Numbered from the stretch's first letter, positions 12,120 through 25,545 are shown. The stretch: 64,000 nt of DNA from Fistulifera solaris (GCA_030295235.1 AP026128.1:930001-994000); one strand, 5' to 3'. Notes: a model not told the origin generated them from the sequence alone. A program made the numbers and translations.

Positions 12120-14515
12120 TTAAGCCATGTAGTTGTACACACGGTGCTCGTTCTCTGCGCGCTCTAAATACTCACGATCGATCAAGCTCTCGATCCGCTT
12201 CTTGATGAACTGCGGCGAAGGATTGAAACGAACTTGTAGCTGTTTCGTCACTTCCGCAACTAGTCCGTTGTGGTCAAGCCGACGTCTTGCCTTCATGATT
12301 CTGACAATCGCAGCTTCGACTAAATGCCGACGATCCTCTTCAACCGCAACAGGAACAACGCCACTCGCGCCCTCGATCGAATTCCCTGCAGTAGCGCCAC
12401 TGCTCATTTCGGTGCCATCAATACCTGCTTGGTTTTCCTGCAATGACGATTCTTTGACCAGAGGGATTCGAATACGTTTCAGCTTGCTTGTATACTCCGA
12501 ATTGAAGGCAAAGCTATCCACATCGGACGTTATGCCGCGTCCCTTGCTCAACTTCTTTAGAATGCGATTCTTTGGAGTGGTCAGAGAAATCAAATGACGT
12601 CGAAGTTCGGAATCTGGTATCTGCGTCTGCATACGAATTTGACCCAAAGTAAGCGTATCTTGGTCGTTGAACAAGAGCAGGATGCACATCTGATATGTTG
12701 AAACACACAACTCGTGACGGCGGTTTTCACCGAAGGTTGCACGGATTTCGGCGGCACCAGCTGATGTTTGCCATGAGAGCTTTCGTCCAGTATGCTCGTT
12801 GAGATAGAACGAAGCAAAATGATCGATTGACTTCTGGATGGAAAGAGGCAATGTACAAGGAGGGACGTTTTGTGACGGCCAATAACCAGTGGTCAAAACG
12901 TCGACCTCAATCTCCACTCGACTTGCTCTGTCGTCGCCACCTTGATCGCGGCGCGCGAACGTTTTATACTTATCTCGCGTTTCACGTGAGATTCGCATGT
13001 CATTGAACATACCTTCTAGCTTTGTTGTGAACTGATATCCACACTCAGCTTTGAGTAAACTAACCATGCTTCGTTCCGCATCGTCACTCACGCTGCGTCC
13101 GCCAAGAAGACGCTTCGCCAAATGCTGCTTATAAAAACTCTCAAACACATCTTTGTCGCTTAAATAACGGAAGATTGTAATAGCTTTCTGCAGTTCTGCC
13201 GTCACTTGCTCGTCAGTAGCTCCACGTAAACTGACTCGTAGCAACTCATCGACGTATATTGCCAAGCAAGACGCCGCTCGGGCGTCAGCATTCAAAAAGC
13301 TCTCAAACGATTCGCGAAGACGCTTCTGGGCTTTCTTTTCGTTGCGGAACGAATGTTCAACAATACCCATGTACTTGATGCGCATCGCTAGTACTTTGCG
13401 ACAAAACGTAGGCGGGTCGGCTTGGCCAGTCTCTTGGTCCTTCAAAAGCTGCTTTCCGTCAACTTTAATGCGATCTGCCAATGCATCACGTAGGTAGTCA
13501 ACAGAAGAAGGCACCCGCACAAAGAGATCATACATTTCGAGCATTTCTTCGTGCTTCATGTCATCCTTCAACAAAGCGGCAAAACCAGTTAACTCCATCT
13601 CCACCAATGTTTTCGCGTGCCTCTCGATCCACTCGGTTTGCAATATGGTGATCAATGGTCCCTCTGTGGTCATGGGTAACTGTAAAGAATGAGCACGCTC
13701 CTTTTCTTCGTCCAAACGCAATGTCGCCTTCCGCACGTAATCAGACGCCGTCGCAGATGACAAGTACTGCAAAGACTCCGTTTGATAATATTCCTGAGTT
13801 GTCGCGAGAAACAGGGCTTCAAAGTCATTGTGATACACAGCCGCTGTATGCGACGATGAATTTCCGATTTCCAGCAACATGTTGAGAATACTTTTGAACA
13901 TGTTTCGATCGTCCGTCAAGAAACCAGCGCGTTCTTGCTCAATGGCTTGCAAAAGTAACTGCACCACTCTGTTTTTAACAGCCGGATGTTCCCACACCGT
14001 AATACGGAACAGATGTAAGCCCAGTTCATACACAGGTCGTCGCTTGGACTGCGGAATGTAAATGCGATCCATGTACATGAGAATGTCTCGAATCATCGTC
14101 ATGGTGATGACATGGTCCTGCCACGCGGTCGATGTCGCGGCCAGCAATCCTTCGTCAACCGTTTCTTCCGCAAGAACATGTACTGTCTTGGAGAGATGCT
14201 GCGTAATCTTTTCGGAGACTCCGTCGTACAACAAATCCCCGTGCTTGTGCAGTACTAAATTATACGAGCTCCGGTAGAGTTCTTCAAAACTCAATTGACT
14301 CGCATTGCGGTTGTAAATTTCATCTAATGCCGCCGACAAAGTTTCCCACGTCCGATTTGCATCTTGACGATCCATCGGTTGATGAGTACGAAATGGCTGA
14401 ATTGTTAAAAAAGAAGTAGAACGTTGAGGTAATGCAGCAAATAGACAGCAACATTCGAAATTGACATGACTGGTTCGCTTACCTTGATGTTGAAACGACG
14501 CTTCGAGTCCGCCAT
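12120..14515 (-). CDS. CUL3: Cullin-3; intron 14397-14482
   Basis: LSFEELYR, IRDILMYMDR, DKDVFE, AIVRIMKAR neddylation site, KKRIESLIDREYLER; first exon MADSKRRFNIK splices in frame. Confidence 0.95.
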
Positions 14516-15007
14516 GCTTGTTACACTGTTCTCTTCGCAAAGATCCTAGAGACAATCGATGGGTGTGTTTTACACAATGAAAGAAGAACGAAGAGGAATT
14601 ACAACAACTAAATAACAAGTGTAACACGGTTGTTATCATTCTTTTCTTTGCGCTTCATCGTCGTTGCGCTGCTGCGGCTGCAACTAAAGTGGTCCAGTTT
14701 TATTTTTTTACCAATGGCAATACTTTTATGCTTACGCGAGGACGTCTGAATCGGAGCTTATGTTGGACCGAATAGATTTGTCAAAGACATTCATCATCCG
14801 CGAATGAAGCTGTCTTGTTTCGCATACTGAAGGGTTACGTACGACAAAGATCGCATCACAGAATTTCGAGCCAACGTGAACCGTCGAAATTTTCGTGTCA
14901 GCCTCATTATTCAGTGGACCTACCAAAAGGATTGTTTGGTATAATAACAAAACGATCATCATTCTCTGACAAGCTGAGACGCTTAAGTCTATCGGAATTA
15001 CTGCAAA

Positions 15008-16961
15008 ATGGTAAACGTCACTCGCAGCAACTTCATCGAGGTATGTGTCATTGCGCTGCATCAATTTGTGCGGCGTTTCGGAATCCTTCGTCCTCACATT
15101 TCGTCTTTTCGTAGCTAAGCAATGACCTTTTAGAGCATCTTCCTACTGCAGCATTCATTGCCATAGATGAAGAGATGACTGGGATTTCGATTCAGAATCG
15201 GCGCAGTCCGAAGGATAAAAGTCCGTCGGAACAATACCCAGATCTCAAAATGGCTGCCGAGCGCTACTCGATCATTCAACTGGGTGTTAGTTTGTTTCAG
15301 AATCTGAACGGTTCATGGCTCGCCAGATGCTACAACTTTTATCTCTTCCCTTCCGATCGCGAAGTTGTCTTGAATCCGAGTACGGTCCAGTTTCTCAAGC
15401 AACATAATATGAGCTTCGATATGTGGATGAAGGAAGGGATACCGTTTCAGACGGGCCACCAAGCCGCGATTTCGTTTCAAAAGTATGTCGACCACCAGAA
15501 GCGTTTACAGAAAGAAGCAGAACAAGCACAGGTTCCAGCGACGATACAGAATAGTGTAAAACGTACGATCGAGTTGCGTCGGATCGAAGACATTGAGTTC
15601 TTTGCTCGAGCCATGGCGGCATTGCGAGAGTGGTTGGATGGTGTTCATGACGATGGAGGGACATCGTTTTTGCTGCCGCCTTGTAACTCATTTTTGCGAC
15701 GGGCACTCTATGAGAACATTGAGAAAGAATATCCGTCTCTGGAGTTAGAGAGCGCTGGACCGACGCATCCGAATCAAATTCGTGCGTGGCGACTGACCCC
15801 CGAAGAGAAAGTTGCTCGAAAGCAACAACTCCAGCATCAATCCTGGGAGAGCTTGATATGCGACCAAATTGGTCTGTGGAGGGTTTTTGAAGCAATCACT
15901 CGAGTCTGTCGGGGAGAAGAATTAGACCGATCCAGCGTTTTGTTCGCGAACTCGTTTAACGAGATTAATTGGAACAACACGGGCAGTATATTCGCCAACG
16001 ATTCTATTGTGCGGGGAAAGATACCTCTCGTAGTTCACAACGGATTTATGGACGTATGCTTCCTTTTGTCGCATTTTCATTCGGTGAAGCTGCCGGATGA
16101 GCTGTCAGGTTGTAAGGAGCTAATTCGCAGCTACTTTCCGATGGTGTATGATACTAAGGTTATGGCAACAGAGTGTCTTTCGTTGTGGAGTAATGACTGC
16201 ACTACTTTGAGCGGTCTTTATGAAACCCGAGGTGAAGAGCAAGCCAATGCAATTCGAATCGCACGGGATATATCGGACCAAGCGCACGAAGCTGCCCATG
16301 ATGCATACATGACAGGTGCTGTTTATATATGCCTTTGCGACGAAATCAAAGACGCCAACCCAGATGATGGTCTCAAACCCGATGGTCGATTTGGGATTTT
16401 GACGCATTTGCAAGACACAGGCGTAACGCATGATGATCAAGTTCGCATTGTTTTTGCACGCAACAAGCTGTATCAAATGTCACTTTACACAATGGACTTG
16501 GAAGATGCAACGTGCGACCCGTTGAGTAGGGGTATGTTACCGGAGTTTACATATCGAGTTTCCCGTATTGATCCTCTTGTATCTACTCGTGATATCATTC
16601 GATGCCTCTCCGATCTATTTGACAGTCAAAACCGACGTATAAATTTCGAGATAATTTGGATTGACGACACTACTTTTCTTGTGGCGGCAGCTATCGACCT
16701 CCCCCGCCTTCTCCGTCAGAAGAGGGTGAGGTAGTTGCTCCCGTGGACCCTGACGAAATCGCACGAGTATTGCAAGAACACGGTCCGATTATCTTTGAAG
16801 TCTTGCGCAATCGTTTCAAACACGAAACGATTCTGACTTTGGCTGAGCATCTCGACTCTTTGAAGAATGTAGACGAAGAACCGACTGAATCTCAAAGCAT
16901 TTTTTCGAAGATTTGGGACTTGTTCGCAGGAAAACCGACAAAGCGAAGGCGATTGAACTAA
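15008..16961 (+). CDS. PARN: Poly(A)-specific ribonuclease-like (CAF1/DEDD family); intron 15041-15114; frameshift near 16700
   Basis: VTRSNF...FIAIDEEMTGI, IIQLG, VVHNGFMD, YDTK, HEAAHDAYMTG. Confidence 0.85.
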
Positions 16962-19173
16962 GTAAAATGACAAAAAGGTTTATAAAGCAATAAGTCACTT
17001 GAAGAAAACGTAACGGTAATCATAACTGCTGATATTGATACACTCATGAAGCGTTTTGGGCAATTGAATGACAGGACATTGTCTCTAGGTCGCTGGTGCA
17101 GCATCTGGGGACGTTCGAATTTTACCTTGAATAGAGTGTTGCTTCCTGCAAGGATTGCTTTTGCTACTGAAGACGCAGTCTGGTCCATGTAGGTACGATG
17201 GTCTGTCGGTATAGTGACTTTCGACGACGGACGAAGACCTCGTTTCGCCCGTAGTTCTTCCAACCTTGATTGTACCGACACCAAAGCCGTGCGGCGCTCT
17301 GAAGGAGTAAGCCGAGGCTGTACGCTGAAACGTTTCGGCTCATTGTTGTTAGTGTTCAAAAACGCGCTGTGGTTCGTTTCTTGCCCTGCACGAATGTTAT
17401 TGGGTGCACTGGTTTCGTCTGAGTAAACGTGGTCTTCCTCGAAAGCAATGGTTTCGTCCGAATCGCTTGTGAGAGAAATAGTTGTTCCGAGTTCCTCCAC
17501 ATCGGAAGCTCTCGCTGTCTTCACAAAATTGTACGAACAAGTCGTTCGATCCTGCTCACTCTTTCCACCTTCAACAGCTTCGTTTTGAACTTGATCTCTT
17601 TCATCGAGAAGTTTGTTGCGTACCTCTCGCGATTCCTCAGACTGCTTATCATCTATGGGAACGGAGGTCTGCAATTGAACCTCCTGCTTAAGAATTAGCT
17701 GTTGTTGTTTAACCTCTTTCCCCTCATCGCCTAGGAACTGATCTAGAGAAGGAAGACTAGCCACTTCCAAATCCTCAACCAGTTCGTTGTTCTGAAATAT
17801 CTCATCATAATCGGGATCGTTGCAAACCTTTGAATCTTCGACAGCAGAAACCGATAAAACTTTCACCGCTTCCGCTGCTGCTTCTTCTTGCTGTTGTGTC
17901 ATCGCTCTCATTTCTCTAATCATCTGGGTCCTGTCTCTTAGCATATCAATAGCCATTTGACGCTCGACGAGGTCGAAATATTTCATATCCTCGTCTAATT
18001 CCTGTTGTAATTCTTTCAGATCGACCATGAAAACAGCCTCTTCTCGCATTTCCTCTTGAGACGCAAGCCGAAACTCATTGTCTTCATCTAAATCCAGCTT
18101 AGGCTGCTCCCCTGTTTCCAATCGTGCTACCTGCTCCATCAGCCGGACAACTTTTGTATCTTGAGCCCCAAGCTCGTTCCAACGAAGTGCCAAAGCTTTT
18201 CGGTAATTTAGCAGCGCTCCTTCTTTATCCCCCATGGCAACTTGAACGTCAGCGATGTTACATACAACAGTAATGGCATCCAAATGGTCTTCTCCCAGGT
18301 GTTTCTTTAATATCCTGAATGCGTCCTTGTACGCCGTTAGCGCGGCTTCAAATTCCCGACTCATGTAGAAGACACTACCAATGTTGTTTAACGTCTTCCC
18401 CACAGATAAATGATCCGGTCCCAAAATCTCCCTTTTGATCTGTAGGGATTTTTAGATAGGATGACATTGTTTCAGCTGTACTAGCTTTTCCACTCCGTTG
18501 CTTCAAATACGTCATGTTGTTGATCGATGTTGCAACAGCAGCCATTACACTTTTGTCTTGCTCTGAATGTTTTCTCGAAGAAACCTCGTCTTCTACGGTC
18601 TTTTGCTTCAACCACAAAGAACGCTCATAACGTAGAAAAGCGCCATCATAATCTCCTTGTTCGAAAAGCGCGTTCCCTGCCCGGTCTAATGCTTTCACCG
18701 CCAAGCTTATCTGTATTCTTGCTTCCGCGCTGATGGACGAAGGTTTTTGCGTGAAGGCTTTTTGCACTAATGGATCTGTTTCTTCCACCACAAACGGCTG
18801 GGACATAGCCACCGAAGCCTGCGTCACAGCTGTTTTCGGTACGGGCGTCGCTGACGACTTTGTCGGCAAAGATGATGCAACGCTTGCCGCGCGTGCATTT
18901 TGAGACGAGCGCTGGTGTCGCGTCCGGGTGGTTGTCTTCTTGTTTTGTTCAACTTCACGTGTCTTTTTTATGCTCGCTTCGATGAAATAAGTGCAAAGGT
19001 CCTCGTCTTTGAGAAGGCGCTTCTGAAGCTGTAGAAGAAGATAGATGTTGCTCTTGTGAATCTTTTGGTTTCAAAGTCTGACTTTTCTTCTTTTTCTTCT
19101 CATCTGCCGATTTGCTTCGTTCATTGTTGACCGCGGGCCCTTTCTTCCTCAAATTGCGAAAAAGGCTGTTCAT
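16958..19173 (-). CDS. TPR-repeat (kinesin-light-chain-like repeats) protein with acidic coiled-coil tail; frameshifts near 18945 and 18448
   Basis: VATSINNM, GPDHLSVGKTLNNIGSV, LGEDHLDA..NIADV repeats across three ORFs. Confidence 0.7.
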
Positions 19174-20071
19174 GGTAACGGATCAAACTAAAGCGAACTC
19201 TCTGAGGTTTTGAGCGGACCGGACACAATCAACAACAACAATACAATTATCGCTTTGACGATTTCACAATTAGCCCAACTCGAAAGGACTACCTCGTAAG
19301 CAAAAGCTGATCCTCGATCTGAAATTAGACTTTCGAAAGAATCAATCCTTCACTCGAAAGCGAAAGGCATTCTTTAATTGTCGAAGTCTACAAGCCTTCA
19401 TCGATTGCAGCGTGATGCTCAAGTCTTTCGTTGAAAAGAACGCGGTGGGAGGGGGGAAGTTCTTTTGGCGGACTGCCGCGTGACGGCTCAGTACTTTCTA
19501 TTGTACAGTGGAGCTGTGACTTTCTGGCCAGCCCGGCGCATCTCTTTACACTTATCTGGAGAGTGAAATACGCAGCAGTCATGCGACAGGCGACCGTCAT
19601 TTCGTGAGTCATGAATAAATGATATAAGTCACGAGTCACGCTAGAGTGCCTTTTCAAGCAGACTAATTGTTTAGGGTTACTTTGTTAGATGGTTTGTTGA
19701 ATCGACCCCGACAACAAAATGCAGATGAAAGATAGGATGTGTTGTAAGTCAGGAATAGTTGAAGCGATTGTTACTGTTACAAACCTGTAATTTTTTCCAT
19801 CATGTAAATCAAGCGCTCAGTCACAACCTAACCACCTCGTCGGAGAGTGGATTCTCAAAGCGGCCTGTAGGATTGAGGATGAGACATCTTACGGAACGCC
19901 TTTCTTTCCTCTCGAAGTTGCTGAAGGCGAACGACGCCTCTTGATGGGTGCGCTACGGATGAAGGAGAGATTGTTGCACGTGCGTCAATGCGTTAGACAT
20001 AGATATCGACGACCTATCCATTTTGTCCATTGGCGATGCAATAGCGCCCGCTATGCAAATCCGGTTCCTGT

Positions 20072-21144
20072 TTACACTTGGTCTTTCTCGCAGCACATAA
20101 AACAATTGCAACACGGCGCATCGCCTGTCTCTCCGGATTTCTTCCATTCCATTTCAACTTCCTCGTTGATGAGCATTGGGTGAACATTACGGTGCAATGA
20201 TTGATGCAAAAGAATTTTCGGAAATCAAGACTTCTCTGTTTTAAGGTGAAGTGTATCAGCACAAACAGAATCCCAGGATGGGCGTCGACGTATGGTTTTA
20301 GGTTTTTCCAGTGCGTGTGCTTTGTCGTGTCTGCTCGTTCGAGATCGCTGTCATCGATGAAACTGCATTCTACAACAACAACTTTGTGCTCTTTCAATAG
20401 ATCTGGAAGCCTTTCAAAAACTTTGTGCGTCGTATCTCCGAGGTACAAGATAAGAGGTTCAAGGTACGAATTAGTGACTTCCACGCCTTCCTTTCGAAGT
20501 CTGCCAATCTCCGGTCCAGGAAGTCCGACATATGCCTCTTTAAGCTTGAACTTCTGCTTGTAAATGCTGTAGCCCAAACAAGGTATCCGATGATCGCATT
20601 CAACCGCGTGCATTATGTACATAGCTCCGCCCTGACGAAACTGAAACTCATGGTCCGACTGTGTTGCAGTCAGAATAAGATCTTGTTTGCTTTGAACAGC
20701 CACTTGGCTCCCTGTTTCTGTTGTGCAATCTACCATTTCCTGGTGCGCTTTTAAATACGCCTTCACCAAGGAAGCAGCTTGTACGGGCAAATGAACCACT
20801 GGCGGCGAATTTTCGTCCTTGAAATGCGTGAGGAAATGCACATGGTCGCAATGAGTGTGCGTCAAGAATATCCGCACAGGTTTCCATCCCTGAACCAAAG
20901 CCCCGCAGTCAAAAACCCATTTGAGTTCCGGAATCGCAAAACTGGTCCCCTCACCCGCGCGACTTCTGCCGACCAAAGTAAAAGGAGACCAAGTACAACA
21001 AGCCCCGTGATCGAATGAGTTCGGCAAGCGGTCGGGTCGAACGAGAATCGAAGTTGTTTTCGCGAGCATTACCGCCTTACCATCACGCACAAGCCAGAAT
21101 GGAAAACAGGATGCTAATAATCGTTTGGGGTCGCCATTCGCCAT
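20072..21144 (-). CDS. Short-form (TM-type) tRNase Z, metallo-beta-lactamase fold; frameshift near 20208
   Basis: FDCG, FLTHTHCDH, HRIPCLGY, KLK..Y.GLPG.EI..L, GDTT, ECSF, HTH, LIHF. Confidence 0.85.
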
Positions 21145-21610
21145 TTAGATTTATGGTGAAAACACCGCGTCGAAAGATGCGAGAACGAATTTTGATACAG
21201 AATTACAGAATTTCCGTCTGCTCAAATAAAGGAATACTGTACCGACTATAGTTAAGAGTGTGTAAAATTATCCACGACTGCATTTCAGTCGTGAGTAAAT
21301 CGTATTTTGAGCGACAATGCAATGCTGCCTATGATTCTTTCGTTCAGCTTATTATTGATATCCATTTGTCATTGTTGCAATGCAAGAGTCTTTTCGCAGC
21401 CTGTGAAACGTTGTCTTCCGTATTTCGCCGATTGCATTTCAGTCATTAATCAATATTCTTTCGAGCGGGAGTTCCCCCGACAATTCGTTCATTCAGCAAA
21501 GTTTCTTGAACTCCAGGTGTCGTTCTGGTTATGAAGTAAGCTTTAGCAGCGTTTGGATTACACGTCGCTATATTTTATGTCGAAGACGCAAAGTGATGGT
21601 TCAAGGAGAC

Positions 21611-21631
21611 CACGACTGCATTTCAGTCATG
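21611..21631. promoter_or_regulatory. Representative copy of the dispersed palindrome CACGACTG-N5-CAGTCRTG
   Basis: Copies at 11575, 11792, 21273, 21427, 21611, 31397, 42703, 57237 and 57456; variant at 7197; split copy at 25699/26607. Confidence 0.7.
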
Positions 21632-21855
21632 AGTCAGAAAGCATCACTAGGTGCGAAACAGCACTCTCCCAGATTTCAGCAAGTGAAAATCCCGCACTCC
21701 CCGACCTCGGGGCACTTCTGGACTAATCTAACGAGATATATACGATAGACATGCAAGGGTGCCTTGCGGTTTTTACTCTCTCGCACTACGATAAGCGGTT
21801 AAAACGAAACAAGTTGGCGTTTCCTGATTAAACACGCTATGATCCTTATTTTACA

Positions 21856-22890
21856 CTAGGATAACGAGTTCAAAGGAACAGGCTGCATAGCGCCTCCAAC
21901 AAGATCCAAGACGGCCGCTGGTAGTTCTGAAAGGCTTTCAACGAGGAATGAGAACAGTTTTAAGTCAAAGGACAAACATCAATTCGCAACATAAGAAAAC
22001 GATTATGCCTTACCAGGATATTCGCACAGCAATTTTTTCTCGCCCATCTTCTTCTTTCAGTTGTCGGGCATTTTGCTCACTGGTGGTTGCGGTAGACCAC
22101 TTTGGAACGACTGCATCTGCTTGACCTGACAACCAGACGGCATAAGCTCCCACGTTTGCACTTGCTCCGACATCGTTGACTAAGCAATCACCAACATGGA
22201 TCCAGATGCGAGAGTCGTGGTCGTGATGAGGATAAAGGTCCTTGTATTTACTTAAGCTCGCCTCATAAATACCCGGCGCTGGTTTGCGTTCGGGAAATAC
22301 GCCATCATCTTCACCGCTGACACAAAAATCAAAAAAGTTCGCGAGTGTAGGCATGTAAAGTGGGTTTCCTCGTCCGTTCGTAATTGCGGCAAAACACACA
22401 TCGGGGTACATTTCCTTCAATGTCGAAAGGCAGTTGAGGGTCTGAGGAAACAAATGTCGTTCGGCGGCGCGGTGTCGTTCGTGGAGCCATACATCAAAGC
22501 ATTCGTCGACGAGTGCATCGCAGTCTTCTTTTGAAGAGACGTTAGTCATAGAAAGGATCTGTGCAATGGTCATTTTTCTCAGAGACGTATAAGTGATCGG
22601 CCCATCCATACTCCTTCGAATGTGTCGCGTAACGTCCATAAAGTCTTCTTCCTGAACATGTACTCCATGCCGTCGCATCTTTTCGAGCATCGCTTGATTA
22701 GCGTCCCTGATCACAGCGTTCGTTGAGAATAACGTATCATCGAGATCAAACGAGATGATGCCCAACGATAGCGGTTGTTCCGATTTACTGGTCATTCGCA
22801 ACTCACTTAACAATCGAGGGAAACTAGCGGACTCCCCGACAAACGCCGAAACAGGCAGACTCAATAAAAGAAATATCCAGACTTCAACCA
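21856..22890 (-). CDS. HAD-superfamily hydrolase, probably plastid-targeted; 3' intron near 21935-22013; start codon unclear
   Basis: ISFDLDDTL, ITNG, RKP.P.IY, HVGDCLVNDVGA; spliced end ISCLSELPAAV; presequence WIFLLLSLPVSAF. Confidence 0.8.
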
Positions 22891-23077
22891 AAGAACGATT
22901 TCTTGTTTGCTTCCAAACGCCTTTCACGCTCACCGGCACGACAAGCTTTGTAGGCTTCAAAAACGGTTGACAAGCGACATCCTTGTTGTCGTAATTGTCT
23001 TGAATGCAATTCAATGACGCGGCGTGTTCTTTCTTACAGTCCGTCGCAAATTTACTGGACGGTCCTTTCTCTCCCAT
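22884..23077 (-). CDS. Twin CX9C mitochondrial protein, COX23/CHCHD7-like; frameshift in T-run near 22961
   Basis: CKKEHAASLNC, and after restoring one T, CQPFFEAYKAC, ending RRLEANKKSFFG*. Confidence 0.75.
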
Positions 23078-23472
23078 TGGATGCTTTGTAAGTCTTGTGC
23101 AGTTGAAATAGGGGTGGAAGATGATTGTTATTGGTTGAGTAAAAGTAGAAATGATAGGCAATTGAAATCAATACAAATGACAGATGACAGTGTGGTTATT
23201 GCGTCCTTTTTATTTTCGCTTCGAAAAATTTTCTGCCGCAGTACCAGTAGAACCACGTCACTTTCAATGCTGGGGTGGCTGAGGAGCAGACGAGTACCTT
23301 TACGACTTCTGTTATGAACGTCAGTCCACTTTTTGCGAAACATTTTTGATGGCGCACACGGCGCGCACCTTGTTGATGTGTACCAGGTATTATTCTAGCC
23401 GACGAGATGAAGTTGATCATTTCCTGCGTGCTTTATTTGACGTAACCATTCATCGCGCTAGTGGTTGAAGCA

Positions 23473-24090
23473 ATGAAACAACGAACCGCTTATTTTGTGG
23501 TCCAGATTTTGCTTTTCGCACTCTCTGCAGTGGCTTTCTCATTTCAGCAAAATAATCACTCCAAGGGCATTTCCAGAAAGCAAGTTCTCTCCACAGTACC
23601 GTGGATATTATTGGTTCCCCCAGCAATTGCATCGGCCTCTGTTCCCCCTTGCAGTCCGTCAAGTAACAATTGTATTTCTACCGCGTCGGTACGCGCACTC
23701 GACAAATTCATTGCCCCTTGGAGTTATCCCTCCACTTTGTCTTCCTCCGATGTGATCGATCGGCTGGCCGTCAGTTTGACGCAGTGCGAAATTTTAGAAC
23801 GCAGTGACACCTCGTTGAAAGTAAAATCAACCAGAAACTTTGGTGCCGTCGATGAGATATCGTTCCAAGTCAACGATGCCGACCGAGTTATCGCCATCAC
23901 ATCGCAACAAGTCGATGGGCCCGAATTGAACGGATTGGCGGGCCAAAAGAACCGTTTGCGAGAGATTCAAGTCAAAGCAGGATTCTTAGGTGGTGAAGAA
24001 GTGCCGCGTGAGGGCGCGTTGGGTCAATTAAAAGCCTTTTATGGATTGCAATCGGGGAGTGGCTTCGAAGACGTATTTCTAGAAGAATAA
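23473..24090 (+). CDS. DUF1499-like plastid/thylakoid lumen protein
   Basis: Signal + AVAF + SRK..hydrophobic..ASA lumen-type signal; PCSPSSNNCIST, FGAVDEISF, QKNRL. Confidence 0.7.
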   Translation: MKQRTAYFVVQILLFALSAVAFSFQQNNHSKGISRKQVLSTVPWILLVPPAIASASVPPCSPSSNNCISTASVRALDKFIAPWSYPSTLSSSDVIDRLAVSLTQCEILERSDTSLKVKSTRNFGAVDEISFQVNDADRVIAITSQQVDGPELNGLAGQKNRLREIQVKAGFLGGEEVPREGALGQLKAFYGLQSGSGFEDVFLEE

Positions 24091-24174
24091 CAAGAGATCA
24101 AATAACGATAATATCGGTAGCATGCGGTGACGTCGTAACCACTCCTTGTAAGTTTAGGAACTAATAATACAGTG

Positions 24175-25545
24175 TTATGCTACATCCGACTGCTTCGTCG
24201 AATCGACTTTCAAGTCAAAATTTTGCGGTTCATCAACCGCCCGTACTGACGACAATTCACTTGTCGCGTTCATTTTCTTATCTTTCCATTCCTGTGCCCA
24301 CGCAACATGCCTTTTGTTCCAAATATAAGAATGCAGCTCTCGATCACGGTCCCACTGATGAACCACTGGAGATATTGTACCATCCCATTGGTACACTTCC
24401 TTGGACACAGGGTCGAGGATCCCCCATTCACTGAGTGTTTGCGTTCGTAGTGCCCCCAAATTGTTAATTATACCGCGTCCTTGCTCCCAGACCACTAAGC
24501 GTCGGATTGCATTGGTGTTCCGTAACTTGCTACTATAATACAAGTAGTTGTGGAATCCTTGATCACTTCCTGTCATGCGTATGTTGCATTCGTCGTGTTC
24601 ATTCACCATAGCTCGCAAGTATGCTTCCACAGCGACCTGTTCGCCCATTGTGCTACCGCTGCATATTGTGGGTTTTTCTGCGAGCAAATCGATGGCTCTC
24701 TGGCCGTATCCCTTCTGAATCCATTTTAGATTCTTTTTCGAACGTCCCAAGCGTGTTGCGTCGCTATTTTCACCAAATAAATAGAGCAAACCGTCTTCTT
24801 GGTCCTCCCTGCTTCGTGGCAGACCTTGGAAAGGATTTAATTGAAAATAACTATCCCTCGCATCAATGAGCATAAGCCACGAGTGTCGATTGTACCGTTG
24901 TGACCAGATCCAGTAATATTCGTAACGAATCGTCGCGACGACGCGACCTTCTCGTGGGTCACTGGCAGCTCTCAAAACATGACCATCGCTATCAACCCAC
25001 CCGTATACATTGGGAAGCTGACACATTTGAAACGAGTCGGTATCTCCGGTTTTGACAACATTCCTTCGTGTATTCGTTGGGTCGCCGTCGCTTGATTCAC
25101 ATAAAAGAGTCTCTTGATAGATTATAAGGTTCGGTTTCTCTTCCGAGTCCTGATCGGTGAATGTTTTCAAATAATCCATAACATCTTCGCGAATAGTATA
25201 TTCATCCGCCACCGCAAGAACGACGTCTCCCCGAAAACCGGTCGCCGTGAGTGTTTCCATAAACATCATGTAATACGACAATCGGTATCCTTCCGCATAA
25301 GCGAAAATCGCGTCCTGCGCCGGACGATGGTGCCCAAAAGTCGGTTCGACAATGATAGTGACATTCTCTCCCAGCCAGTGTGTGGGTTTGGGGAAAACAG
25401 ACGGCGCCAGTACGGTAATGTTTTCGCAGGGAGAGAATAATTCGGCCTGTGAATCTAAATTCACTCGGGGTTTCCAGTCTTCGGCGAACGCTGCTCGGAA
25501 AATCCAGCTCAATAATATTATCGATAGCAGGTTAAATATTGTCAT
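24175..25545 (-). CDS. Secretory-pathway protein, putative GT-A glycosyltransferase-like
   Basis: Signal peptide; RY..Y, LIDARDSYFQLNPF, ICSGSTMG, DQGFHNY, VVHQWDR. Confidence 0.6.
   Translation of the reverse strand: MTIFNLLSIILLSWIFRAAFAEDWKPRVNLDSQAELFSPCENITVLAPSVFPKPTHWLGENVTIIVEPTFGHHRPAQDAIFAYAEGYRLSYYMMFMETLTATGFRGDVVLAVADEYTIREDVMDYLKTFTDQDSEEKPNLIIYQETLLCESSDGDPTNTRRNVVKTGDTDSFQMCQLPNVYGWVDSDGHVLRAASDPREGRVVATIRYEYYWIWSQRYNRHSWLMLIDARDSYFQLNPFQGLPRSREDQEDGLLYLFGENSDATRLGRSKKNLKWIQKGYGQRAIDLLAEKPTICSGSTMGEQVAVEAYLRAMVNEHDECNIRMTGSDQGFHNYLYYSSKLRNTNAIRRLVVWEQGRGIINNLGALRTQTLSEWGILDPVSKEVYQWDGTISPVVHQWDRDRELHSYIWNKRHVAWAQEWKDKKMNATSELSSVRAVDEPQNFDLKVDSTKQSDVA

Noticed and set aside
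14516..14639. N-terminal extension of the 839-aa cullin ORF
   Set aside because: Read-through of 5' UTR and intron; the spliced start at 14515 gives a normal CUL3 N-terminus
16958..16961. Overlapping stop codons of convergent PARN and TPR genes
   Set aside because: The TPR C-terminus may be extended by an undetected frameshift, and tight convergent ends are expected in a compact genome
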